DNA from: Paragordius varius
Taxonomy: Eukaryota; Animalia; Nematomorpha
Direction of reading: 5' to 3'
Length of the DNA: 64,000 bases
Assembly: GCA_964247055.1 (NCBI GenBank)
Contig: OZ176052.1
Span: forward strand, 10,292,001-10,356,000
Below, in pieces: positions 12,601 to 25,326 of this stretch. Below the pieces are notes generated by a model, which saw only the letters and a program-made list of their open reading frames with translations, ran no database searches and was not told the DNA's origin. Position 1 is the stretch's first letter; the number at the start of each line of letters is the position of its first letter. A program made the translations under genes and the position numbers.

Positions 12601-13715
12601 CGAAATGTAAAAATATATAAGTTTTCTGGGTTATTAATTACAATTGTCCACCAAAAACATTTAAAAGTTAATATTTTTGTTGAAATGAAAAAAATATTTT
12701 GAAACAAAAAAGTCGTTATTTAACAAAAATTTATATTTTTAAATGAATAAATATATAATAAATAAAGAAAATTAGGTGAATAAATAATAATTTAAATAAA
12801 TAAATGCAAAAATGGTTAAATTTAATCTTAAAAATTTTAAGGACCAACTTGAAGTGTTCAAGGACCAACTTGTTTTAAGGACCAACTTGAAATGTTCAAG
12901 GACCAACTTGAACTGTTCAAGGACACTCTTGAAGTGCAAATGGTATATTTAATAATCTATTAATTTTAAAATAATTGTATAAATATTAAAAATTTAAAAC
13001 GCTTAAGATGACTTTGATAGCGCTTATAGTTTTTAAATTAATATTGCTTAGAATTATCCAAAAAGCTTTACTAAATAAACTAGATTAAATTTTAATTTTG
13101 AAACAAAATTATGAATGACGTCCCGTTATTCTAAAAACTGATGGCTTCCTTTATCCGAATTGACAAACTTTAATACATGAATATGCTGTGTCCTTTACAT
13201 GTTTAGTATATTAATTAATTAAGCATTTTAACACAGTTTAAATTAATTTATTAATAAAATATACAATATTGAAAGCTATTATTGGTTGTATAGGTATTTT
13301 ATTTGACTTCTGTCGAATGTCAGAGGTTTTTAATTTTAATTAATTATTATCGACAAAAACATTTCGATTAAATTAACTAATAGAAATGAAAAATATCATA
13401 CATGCTAACAAAATTAATATTGATTACCCTTTCAGCCTTTTAGAAATCGAAATGGCTGATAAATAATGACTCTCGTTGCTGTAAAAATTGGTACGGATAT
13501 CAATTAAAACGTAAACACGTAAAACTTTAACACTGAATTTCATATTTGTATGTCTGTTTAAAATATTCCTTAAACAGGTTTGGTTTCAGAATGCACGTGC
13601 AAGACAGAAAAAATTTATTAAACCAAACATGACTTATATTAATTATTACTATCATTATGGGCGGATAAGCGAAATGAATCAGTCGCAACAAAAAGCCAAA
13701 CAAAATATATCCTAA
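9611..13715 (+). CDS. Awh: LIM-homeobox transcription factor, Arrowhead/Lhx6/8 class (255 aa, 5 exons)
   Basis: Exons 9611-9852, 11223-11431, 11516-11598, 11922-12017, 13578-13715 join in phase. Two LIM domains (the second is CVKC..[31 protein letters not shown]) and homeodomain KRIRTTFSEQQIQILQTNFMMDANPDGNDLERLSQLTDLSKRVVQVWFQNARARQKK, with the Awh-type DxNPDGxDLER motif. An additional upstream exon cannot be excluded. Confidence 0.9.
12277..12943. mobile_element. MITE family C with subterminal ~21-bp tandem repeats (Awh intron 4)
   Basis: TIR CCATTTGCACTTCAAGAGTGTC / GACACTCTTGAAGTGCAAATGG flanked by TA; arrays of CTTGAACACTTCAAGTTGGTC inverted at the two ends. Confidence 0.85.
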
Positions 13716-14459
13716 AAGTATTATTGATTAATATTAAATTTGTTTTATTTTTTTGTTATGATCCAAAAAACAATCAATGATTTGCGATATTTTTTTATAA
13801 TAATGATAGAATAATAAATCGATGTTATGTGTTTAGAAAAGGTTTCAATACAAATTGGATTTGTAAATAATTATGGATCAAATATACGTGATTTGATTGA
13901 GTAATGACAATGTATAAAAACGATAAAAATGTGCACAATAATTGGGAAATTATTTTAAAATTTCTTCCGCGAAGTAAACCATAAAATAATATATTTAAAA
14001 AACGTTATATATATATATTTTTGTCGAATTTTATAAAAGTTAATTCTCGAACATTAAAAAAGTAGTTTGTTCCTAATTTAATTTCGTAAAACATATCAAA
14101 ATATATGAACAAAATATTTTGGTGCGCCTTAAAATATATAATAAAAATTTGATCCAAAAATAAATATTAGTATATTTTGGTTAATTCGTGAACCATAAAA
14201 TAATATGAATGTGCCCTTTAAAACTCACCAATTATTTCATTGCTTTATAAATTTGAGAGGTTGTGACCCGTAAATAAAATTTTATCACAATAATGTTTTT
14301 AGTAAAATATTAGTAAGGGTACAAAAAATTATAAAATTAGTCATATATAAATAAAGAATGTTGCATGAGATTTTCAATTTTGTAAATCACTTGTTAGATA
14401 ACAAAATATAACTACAACAAGAGTTTCGCAACAATTTTTTGCCAGAAATATGAATGCTT

Positions 14460-17400
14460 TTATTTAAGTGGAATTCTATTTTGGCATAACTCTTTGATGA
14501 CTGATTCATCCACAAGTGTGCTAATGTCACCAAGGGCTTCCTTATCATTTTCATTAGCGCCTTGGGCAATGGCTCTCAAAATTCTACGCATTATTTTCCC
14601 GGACCGTGTTTTGGGTAGCGCGTGAGCCGGTTGTATGATGTCGGGTACGGCAAAACGACCAATTTTGTGTGCAACTATTTGCATTATAAAATAAGAGATA
14701 AAACGTAAAAACTAAAAAGATAAATATTTCTTTGACAAAGTAGACCATATTTTTTAAAACATTCATACTTTTTAATTATTCTAATGTTTTGGAAAAAATA
14801 AAATTATGTAAGCAAATAACTATTTTAAAACCATCTTTATGCTCAAATGCAAATTTCATAAATTTGTAATCACAATATATATATACTTACCAGTTTCCTT
14901 TAAATCTTTCATTAAACGTTCATCGTGTTCGATTCCCTGTATGCATAATAAAAAAAATTACACATTGAATTGAAAATTGTTTGTTAAAAAAATTAAATAA
15001 AAATCTGAAATGAATATTAGGGATTGCGCAAGTTTGATAAAAAACAAATTTATATCTTCTGTAAAATTAAATAATATCTCTTTTTCTGTTTATTAACATT
15101 TACTTGACTGTTATATCATGCAATTGTCAAAAGTTTATACAAAAATATGGTCAATTTTGCAGTTTTACCATATCAGAAATAACATTCAATTATAATTTGA
15201 ATCTTTGAATTAATTACACTGTTAAAAGTGACAAAACAGTACAGAGCTTGACCCTTAATATTGTGTGGGACCGCGATGGCAGCACACTCAATCAAAGCCG
15301 GATGACTGTTTAAGGCTGATTCAATGGCCGCAGTGCTTAGCAAATGACCTGAAACATTCATCATATCATCGATACGGCCAGCTATCCAAAAATAACCGTC
15401 AGAGTCTCGGTGTGCACCTATTACCAATAATCACAAAAAATATATATAACATTCTCTGTATCCCAGGCTATTAAAACAGGCTTTTGGGGATTAATAATAT
15501 TTGTTAAACAAAAAAATAGTTCCAGATAATGCAATTTATAATTAATATAAAATCATTTGGATTAAAATCATTATTTTTTTGGGAACAAATCAATTCAACT
15601 TACCATCACCGCTGGTGTAATACCCTGGATGTTTGTGGAAATATCCTTTCTCAAATCGTTCTGGGCAGTTATACACGGTTCGTAACATGCCAGGCCAGGG
15701 TCGCTTGAAACACTACATTTAGCAATATAAAAGTTTTAAACTAATATAATATTAGGGAATTTTTTAAAAATTGGCAAAATACTTGCTTGTTCAAATAATC
15801 CAGAAAATTCGATACTTATTTTATTTTATATCTTTATTTTAATTTTATTTTTTAATTTTATGTTAATCCGAAGAAGTTAGATGAATCTAACGAAAATTCA
15901 TTAATAAATTTATTATTAATTTGCTGATATTACATTATATCATTCTAAAAGGATATTAAATATTCAAGTGGTAATTAATTTTTTTCCTACTAAAATAGTG
16001 AAATGATAAAATAATATGTAGCGAGGAGAAAAATGTAACCTTCTAATATTTTTTTTAAATCTATGTTTAACAAATATTTTGGTATCATCAAAGTTTTGAA
16101 AAAATTATAAGCAGCAACCATGCCTGTAAACAAGATAGGTTTAGCCTGTATATTATTGATAATTTAAAAAACAATGAAATCTAATGAGATTCAATATAAT
16201 ATGGATCTGCACAACAAAAATCATGTTACAAAAAATATTTTGTATAAACCTCACTTATAATTAAATGTGTATACCATTTTCCAGTTAAAACACTTTTCCA
16301 ACCAAACGCAACATTTTTTCAAGCTAACGCAACATTTTTCAACCAAACAGATTTAAAAATGTTTTTGCTAAAAAAATGTTTGACTAAATGGTATACTACT
16401 TTTTGTTTTTTTAAACATTTCAGAGACTTCCAATTATATTCACAAAAATTGTTGTATTTTAATAATTTTTATCAAACGCATAATTTAGAATACATGTGTC
16501 TCTTTCAAATCAGATTTTCAGTGATTTTATTATTTTTGACTCTGTTTAATCAATAAATAAGAATTAAAACTAACCAAAAGACCTTCGCGTTGATCTGTTA
16601 TTTCGTTTCCCTCTTCGTCCAAAATGACAGCTTCAACTCCAAAGAAAGGGAGGGTCTGAAAACATTTTTATTCAAAAATAATATAAGTAGGTTTTAGCAA
16701 AGGGCTATGCGACAAAACTTAAGATATAAAATTAATTACTGCAGAACCAGGTTTTGTTGGAATGGCAGCAGGTAGGGGTGTAATTATATGACCGCCCTAA
16801 AAATTGGTAACAAATAATATGAGATGTTCAAAAAAATAAGATAATTATTTTAGAACTAAAATCTTAAACCATAGTATTTTATTCACCTATAAAAGATAAA
16901 ACAATACACTAGCTGTTGAAATATTGGTATACATTTTGATAAATTGACAACAACATCCCATCTATATTTTTCCCTCAAATATATTTATAAATTATTTAAT
17001 TGACTTTTGCAAAGGAAATATTTTTATTCTGAGTAAAAAAACCGTTTCTGTTTGGAAGTAGGTATCAATGACTACACAACGACCCTGACCGACAACATCA
17101 TGAAACCAGAGCCAAGCTTCAGGGTTAATTGGTTCACCCACAGTCGCTAAAATCTCAAGTGAAGATAAATCATTCCTATATAATAAATATTTAACTATTT
17201 CGAAAAAGGTAAAAAGAGTAAGCTTACATAAATGTATTTAATTTATTTTCTATCCATTTGTAAAATTTGTTTTTCTGTAATGTTTTTAATGTGTAATATA
17301 AAATTATAAAAACTTTATATTTGATAATTAATTTAACACATTCTAATTTTACTATAAATTAAAAAAATGTTAAATTAGAAGATTATTGGTATCTATTATT

Positions 17401-20400
17401 AAAAAATATTAAATAAACTATTAAAAAACTTACCACGCATCCTAATACATCTCTTATATTAATTATAATCGCACCAATAAATCTAGCAAATACGACTTTG
17501 ATATATAATATTTTTTGATTTTACCATATTTAGTACCTTATAATTTTTGGCATTTATAATTTCAATTTCAAATTTTGTATCCATAAAAATAACAGTAAAC
17601 ACACTTTTGCACGATTTCTTTCCCAAACTTCATGAGGGCCCTTATAGCCGTGGGAGAAGAATAAAATTTGGAAACGCGGAATTTTTCAATAATCTTCCAG
17701 TATCTATCTGCCTTAGGGAATGTTGGTATACCTTCAAACTATATTAAAAAATGAATTTTATTTATCACTTTATACCATAATATTATCAATAAAAAATAAA
17801 ATGCTATTTTTTTAAAAAAAGGAATTATATACATGCGTAATTTTAAAATCTGTAAGAAACTCCAAGATAATTTATAATATCAAAAAAAATTATGTATTAT
17901 CAAATTCCAGCAAGTCGTGCCTAGAATAAAGACTATAAAATTTTTCATTTTAAAGCTAACATTTATAGTTGATACTTTTATTAAATTTGTAGATATGTAT
18001 ACCATAATACTGGTGGCTCCATTTAGTAATGGACCATACAGAACATAACTATGGCCCGTTATCCAGCCAATGTCAGCGGCACAAAAAAAGATATCGCCTT
18101 CATGATAATCAAACACGTATTTAAAGGTCGTAGCCACATAAACCATATAGCCTGCGCATGTGTGAAGGACTCCTTTAGGTGTTCCAGTTGAACCGCTAAA
18201 CAAATTTATTGTTTAGAAAAAAAGAGTTTTAATTAAGTTAAAGATTGAGAAACAAGTATTGATTTATTGTGTGCTACTTAAACGAATTCCAGATAAAGTA
18301 AATTTAATAAATGGTATGTAACTAGATTTATTATAAGATAATTATTTTTTATGGTGGTAATTTAATTTAAACAGCTTTTGTAGAATCATCATTCGTACCA
18401 AATTCATATTCATAATATTTTTATACTTCTGGTAATTTCAGGCAATTTTTTTACGTAACGCACTAATAGAAACTAATTTGCCGTTAGCGTATTTTTATAC
18501 CCCAGCTAATACGCGGGGAGGTGGTAATAGGATACTTTGTTAGCCTTTTGTAAAATCAAAATCAAAATATTATATTAATGAATTACCATATAAACTAATT
18601 TAAATATTTAATTCCCTATTTATTAACCAAAAATTACTATTTCGAATCAGCAGGTTCAAACATAAAATCACACAATGTTAATATTTAACAGAGGTCTACT
18701 TTCACAAAAATCGTACCAGAAAAATTAATTTCTATTCGACATAGAAAATCTTTATCAATTTTTGATTATTATCGATTGGAAAAAATAAAAGTAGGATTAT
18801 AAAGCTAAAATTATTTTTATAAACCATTTAATGTTAGGGTTACCTAGTGTAAAGCATAAAAAGAGGGTCTTCTGGATCCATCCATTCAGGTTCAACGTAA
18901 TCATTGCCGGTATCGGTTAAAAGCTTAATTTCTTCGTCCCACCACACATCTCTTTCATCATTCCAATTTATCTAAAATAAAAAATTATTGTTTCAAATAT
19001 TTCCACATTTAATTGAATTATTAAAGCATATCAATAATTTGCAGTAGTCTAAAATAAAATATCGTTCCATTTAAACTCTATTTGTTTTATACTCATATGT
19101 TTTGTGAAACAATTACAAATCGCCCTCATAATGACCCCTAATGTAAAAAATATATAGCAGCATATTAACATTTTTGGGAGAAAACTTATTGAATTTATAT
19201 ATTCAGTTTTTAAATAATATGTATAATATTTCATGTTATTCTACAAATATACTCAAAAAATTAAAAAGATCAAAATTATTTTTTTTATAATTTTTGTTTC
19301 ATTATAAGGATGGTCAATTTATTATCAATTAAAAATCTCATAATAATCAGCATAAATTTATTAGTTTCCAAGCGCTCTTTAAGGTAGAAGAATAATATAC
19401 TACTGAAAAAATAAGAATAAACACCTTCTTTTTAATTATATTCAAATAATAATGTCCGGCACCACAACAAGCCTAAATGGCTCAGTACTATATATGACGA
19501 CCTTAGCCAGATTAAAAATAAAAGATGCATAAAATAAAAACGAATGAAAACAAATATAAGCTTTTATCTTAATTCAGCTGCTACCCTCAATTTCAAAGAA
19601 CAGTTTGAAGATATATATCAAATGTAATTTGTTAAAGTAGCACCCACCCACCTTCAAATCATGTTTTGGCCGTTTACACGCGTGTGAAGATGTTTCAACA
19701 CCATTTGTGTCATTTGAATTTGGTGATACGTGCCTCACAACAATGCACGTTTTAATGGGAACATTTCTAAGTGGTACAATATTATTTTTATGTGAAAATT
19801 TTTAGAGATATATTTTAAAGAATTGTTAAATCAATGTAATTCTATATGTTACTTGGATTTCGTAATGTCCATGGCTTCATCGGCTATAGACTTGAGATCA
19901 ATGTATTTATTGCCTCGAAAATACCCGTCTATATATAAATATATATATAGTTTAAAATTTAAACGTTTAATATCATTACAAAAGATCATGTGAAATCATT
20001 TTTTTTCTGACCATATTTTTTTAATGAATTAAAAAATACCTGCAGTAATAAGTATCTCACATCCAGGATCTTGTATTCGTATAGCAACCGATTCAGATGA
20101 ATACCCACCAAACTAAATTATAGAACACAGTATTAACCATTAACATACATTTTAAAAAGTTAATTTTCATCACATAAAACACCAACATCTTATTATCATT
20201 TATAATTTATAACAACCGTAAATGTAAATATAGCTTGTTTATGTTTTATATATTAAATATATTTTATATTAAACGAATAAAATTTGGCATATAATATAGC
20301 GCCCACCCTTTAATAGTAAGCGCCTAAAGTCAAACATTTAGATAGGCCAAGTTGTGTTGGCCGCTTAAAAAACAAATATAAAACTTTTAATATGTTTGAC

Positions 20401-21735
20401 CAATTGAGTTAAATAGATTGTATTTGGATTTTAAACGCCGGGAATTAAGTCGATAATGAAGTTTATCCAAAATATTTGCAATCACTAAAGGAAGAATAAT
20501 CTTAATATTATGTTTTAGCTTATCCGGGACATATATGGGAAGTAAAATTGTATCAGAATAATAAAAATGCCCCTTTTAGGGCTTTATATAATTCATATAA
20601 TACATATAATTTATTTTTGAAAATTGATAAAGCCATTTAATAGTGATTTCAAAAAGGTTTTATAATCATTTTAAATTTTATTTCGGTGAAATCCCAAAAT
20701 TATTTGCATACAAAAACGAGTAAAGTGAAGACTTAAGTAATAATATTGTTTGAAATTTTAAAATAATAATTCTCGATGTGAGAGCACATGGAAAAGCTAA
20801 AAAATTATTTGCAAACAATTCTTTTTTATAACATGAATGTTAGATTGAGTTGTCAATAGAAAATTAATAGAGTCGGCGCAATTTACAATTATAATTATTT
20901 TTGTAAGAAGGCCTTATAAAAAGTGTATACTTTCTATCTTATTTATAACAATTTTATGTAAGCTTGTTATATAACGTTCACGATTGTTTGCCAATAGTGT
21001 TTGGTGTCAAATTTTGAATAAAAATGAAACATATAAAATTAGTTTAATTGTAGTTAAATTACTTAAAACTCATTATCTTTAGCCACCTCCTTTAATTGAA
21101 AAAGACGAATAAAAAGTTTAGACATTCATTACTATTAATGGAAAATATCCAATGGAGATGCAGCTTTGTTTGTAATATATTTTTTCCATTGTAATATTTT
21201 TATCTTATTGTTCAATTATCAAAAATGATTAGATATAATGATTTACAAAAAATAATAATTATACCGACAAACAAGATAAAAACGCAACTATTAGCGGTGA
21301 AACTAAAAAAAGAAAGTAACTAATTAATTAATAGGCAATATTTTTAAAAGAGGAGATTTTTATTAAAATCACCCTAATAATGTATAATGAATGTGGAGTT
21401 TATGAAAAAGTTCATCTACTTCAATAATTCTCGATGCGTTTGTTGGAAAAATTTAAAATTTAAATAGATTTATTTATATTTTGTTATTCACGATGTATTA
21501 TACATTTTTTAAAAATTTAATCATAAGTATACATTTTCTATATATATATATATATATATCAAAGATATATATTGCCAAAAATTTTGGCTGGTAAAAATAA
21601 ATTAATCTTTATTCCCTAGGTGTACATGAAAACTGGTCTTTAAAAGCGTTTTGACAATACTATTAATAAAGTTTTTCAATAGTAAAAAATATTATTGCCA
21701 AATCCGCCATGAAAAATCACATTTTTATGTTGTTG

Positions 21736-21815
<80 letters not shown>

Positions 21816-22989
21816 TATATAAAAAATATGATGAAAAAAATATTGTTTCATTATGTAGTCTAATTTCTGTTTGGTATTTTCACTTACATATCGTTGAAAT
21901 CTAAACCAGTAAACAATTTTTGATCAAAAATAATAGCTTTTAAGGCCTCATTTATATCATGATATATAAGGTTTGAATCAAAAATATAAGCTTAGTATGA
22001 GTCAGCAAGGGTCTCATAATGGCACATTAAATAATTTTATAATGTTATAAATTAATTGTTAAAAAAACATTTAATATTCCAAATTATAAAGATAAATAAT
22101 AAGTAAAGATAATAATAAAATGACTATCTGCCAAGATGACATTCTTTAGAGAAAGCCAAAATAGATTTTTTATAAACACTGTATAAAATTATATGTTTAT
22201 ATAATATTGATTTTTTATGCACAAAATATCACGGAATATATTTTTATTGTGTCATACAATCAACCTTTTTTTAACAACCTAAAAACAATAAAATTTATAA
22301 TCATATATTAAAGTTCTCATTAATAAAATTTGAAAATTGAAGTATGTAACAATAAAATTAATTTTTTAAAATTATTTTGTATAAGGACGCCAAAAATATT
22401 ACCACAACTGAATGTATGGCTCCTAATCTAACACAAGCCATCATAGCTATTGGTAATTGTATTATCATAGGCATATACAAACATATTCGATCCCCTTTTT
22501 TGACTCCTTTAATTTTTTTAAACATGGTTAATAAAAAATTCATATTATAAAAAATGCGAATAAAAACCTTTTGCCTTAAGGACTTTACAAAATGTACACA
22601 CTTCCTTTAACAATTGATCATATGTTAATATAATTTCTGATTCTGAAGGATCATTGGGTATCCTAAATAATAATAGAAACTAATTACCATATTAAAGCTT
22701 GTGTGCTGCCATATCCGTTTTTAATTTGTAAATCTAGTAAATTATAAGCTAGGTTCATAGATCCACCATCAAACCATTTAATAAAAATAGGTCCATTATT
22801 AACGTCGAAATTCCAAGTTGCATTGTAGGATGTAGGTGTTTTCCAATAAAATTTTTTCGCAAATTGTTCCCAAAACTTATTAGGATCTTTTAATGATTCC
22901 TTATAGAGTTTTTTATATTCTTCGATAGATTTTATATATGATTTTTGGACAATATTGTTGGGTGGATAAAATATTTTTCTTTCTCCCAT
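14460..22989 (-). CDS. ACSS2: Acetyl-CoA synthetase, AMP-forming (686 aa, 16 exons)
   Basis: Minus-strand exons 22688-22989, 22568-22662, 22403-22506, 20040-20112, 19853-19928, 19652-19766, 18844-18971, 18003-18195, 17605-17738, 17043-17175, 16740-16796, 16575-16655, 15604-15712, 15218-15417, 14891-14936, 14460-14674 join in phase (2061 nt). Motifs: [60 protein letters not shown]2 rather than ACSS1 is inferred from the lack of an obvious presequence. Confidence 0.92.
16274..16350 (+). repeat. Left-end fragment of foldback family D
   Basis: TA-CCATTTTCC start followed by ACGCAACATTTTTTC-type ~21-bp units, as at 29321 and 61953. Confidence 0.6.
21739..21808. repeat. (TA)35 microsatellite in ACSS2 intron 3
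   Basis: Perfect TA run seen directly. Shorter TA runs at about 7693, 21537, 30877, 43913 and 52900. Confidence 0.95.
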
Positions 22990-23619
22990 CGGGAAAGTTT
23001 AAATAACCATGTGTTAAATAAGGTGACTTGTGCGTGAATAACTAATTACATATGATTTGGGCATGGAAAAAGCAAAAAGCCAAGGAAAAAATTAATATCA
23101 CTTTAATTCAAATTGGGATATCAAAGGACATCAGACTTATTTAGATATTTTTAAAAGACTATTTATAGAAAGGGTTAAAAATTAATGCTTCTGTCATATA
23201 AAAATTATATAAATAAGACAAAACTAAATAAAATTTTAAACTACTTTGACGGCATTTATTTTGCGAAATTTTTGCAATTTGATTCTATAGCTAAAACATA
23301 AAAATATTTATTTAAATCACATTTGGCATTTATATAAACAGAAAAAATGGTTTATTTTGAATTATTTTTATATTTCGCTAATGCACACATGTCATGGCGA
23401 CTAAATTTTTTTTGAGGTTTATCCATAAAAAAAGTAATATCATTTGGTTCATCATTATAAAAGTGCGATTTAAATTGGTTTCAATTTTTTGCATATTTTT
23501 AGAAATATTTTTAAACAGGCCTGGGTCTCCAAAGACCCAATTCAAATCAAAAGGCTGAAATGAATGTGTTGTATTTAATTGTTAATATTGAAATGAATTT
23601 GATGTTTTGATAGTAAATT

Positions 23620-23950
23620 GCATGAAAACACTGCGTCCAAATTCGGGGGTATAAAAACGACCTGATGAAATATATATATTCTGATAGGAAAATGTATCAA
23701 AATCATCATGGTTTTTTTGGTTTTTGCCTTTGAATGATAAAAGAAGGATAATTGCACTTTTGTGGTAAGTGCTCTGTTTCAGAAAATAGAAAATTTGCGC
23801 ACATTTTTTTAAAATAAATTTTTTTGGCCAAAGCTAAATGCTTCATTCCTAACAATAAGATTAAAATATATCATAAATCTACAAAAAACAAAGTAATGTT
23901 GTTTTAAAAATAGTCTTAGATGTGAGCTTCGAAATTCCTAAATTATTTTG
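23620..23950 (+). repeat. Dispersed repeat family B (unclassified, probably a non-autonomous DNA element)
   Basis: Shared blocks (TATATATTCTGATAG, CATGGT..TTTTG, GCGCACATTTT, AAATGCTTCATTCC) recur at about 59890-60200 and 46430-46510 (+), and at 25050-25230 and 40560-40640 (-). Confidence 0.6.
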
Positions 23951-24426
23951 CCCTTCTAGACGGGCAAATTCCCTAAAATACAAGCAAAAATACATGGATT
24001 GCGATATAACAATTCATAGACTAACTTTTGACATGAAAAAATATTTTTTAAAAAATGTAATTTATTTACGAACATTTAATTTTTAGTAAAATTTTGTGCA
24101 AGCTTACTTCATACTATTTTGAGGCGGATGGAAACGTTTCTGGATAAATTAAAACACCTATTCTATTTAATTTGATGGTGCTGAACTTTTCTATTGCTTT
24201 AGAATTTAATTTATGGATTAGTTTACCAAAAGTTGTGCTTAATCTTTGTAAAAAAATTCAATTTAGATATATAAATTCGAAGATGACGAATATTTTAATC
24301 AAAATTCTGAAATGATAGAAATGTTCGGCATTATATAGGAAAAGTGTTTTTATAATATCTTAAATCGTATTTATACCGTTTCGCACATGCTAAATGTTAA
24401 AAAGGAAACTTTATAAATATTTTTAG

Positions 24427-24976
24427 TTAATACTTGGATACAAAATATTAATTTCAGTCCTTCGATTCAAATTGGGGTAGTTGAATACCCCAGGCCTTTT
24501 AAAATTAAATTCTTTAAAAATATGGAAGGCGAAACCATGGCTTATATGGCATTCAACCGATATAAAAATTTATTCAAAAATACTTTGTATTACTTATTTT
24601 AAGCTAAAACCGAAAGGTAAAAATTTGGTCAACGTGACATGTGTGCAATGGTATGAAAAATAATACAAAATCCGCTTTTTCTATTTCTATAAATATTAGA
24701 TGTAATTTAAATAAAAAATTTAGCTTAAATTTTACCTTAAAAAGTAAATAATGACGATATTTTACAAATGTAAAATAAAAAAGTCGTCGAAGTAGTTTGA
24801 CATAGAACTTTTTGTTCGAAATAAAATTTTATTTAGATATTTTGGCATAGTTATATAATTTTTATAAGGATAGAAGCATAAAATTAAATTGGGACCGTTT
24901 TCTTCAGTAGTTTATTAAAAATGCTAACTCAAATTTAGTCTGGGGTATTTAACCCAAATTTGAATCGAAGTGTTAA
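24427..24976 (+). mobile_element. MITE family A, full copy
   Basis: TTAA at both ends (24427-30 and 24973-76); long end TACTTGGATACAAAATATT..CCTTCGATTCAAATTGGGG, short end CCCAAATTTGAATCGAAGTG. Confidence 0.88.
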
Positions 24977-25326
24977 TATCCAAATTTGGCACTTAATTAA
25001 AATATTTACAGTGGAATCCTGTCATTTTGCCTTTTTCGAGAGCTAGCCTATTTTAGAAGGAAAAATTTTGGGACTTTTGGAGCTCACATCCAAAACTAAA
25101 AACTTTTTAAAAATATAGCTTTGCTTTTAGGTAGTTTTAGATATATTTTAGTGATATTTTTAGGAATGAAGCATTTCGCTCTTACCAAAAAAATTGTTAA
25201 AAAAATGTGCCCGAATGACATTTAATGATATGGAGCCCTTACCACAAAAGTACAACAAAATTTTAAATAATGTGGGCTAATTTTGAGATTTTAGAAATGG
25301 AGATTTACCACAAAGGTGTAAATATT

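Noticed and set aside
11113-17747. Short ORF-track hits such as 11113-11307, 11324-11515, 14387-14569, 14584-14766, 15265-15474 and 17547-17747
   Set aside because: Antisense or alternate-frame shadows of real exons, or AT-rich noise.
14460-22989. Bacterial origin, HGT or contamination for the acetyl-CoA synthetase
   Set aside because: Fifteen spliceosomal introns and flanking animal genes with the same base composition.
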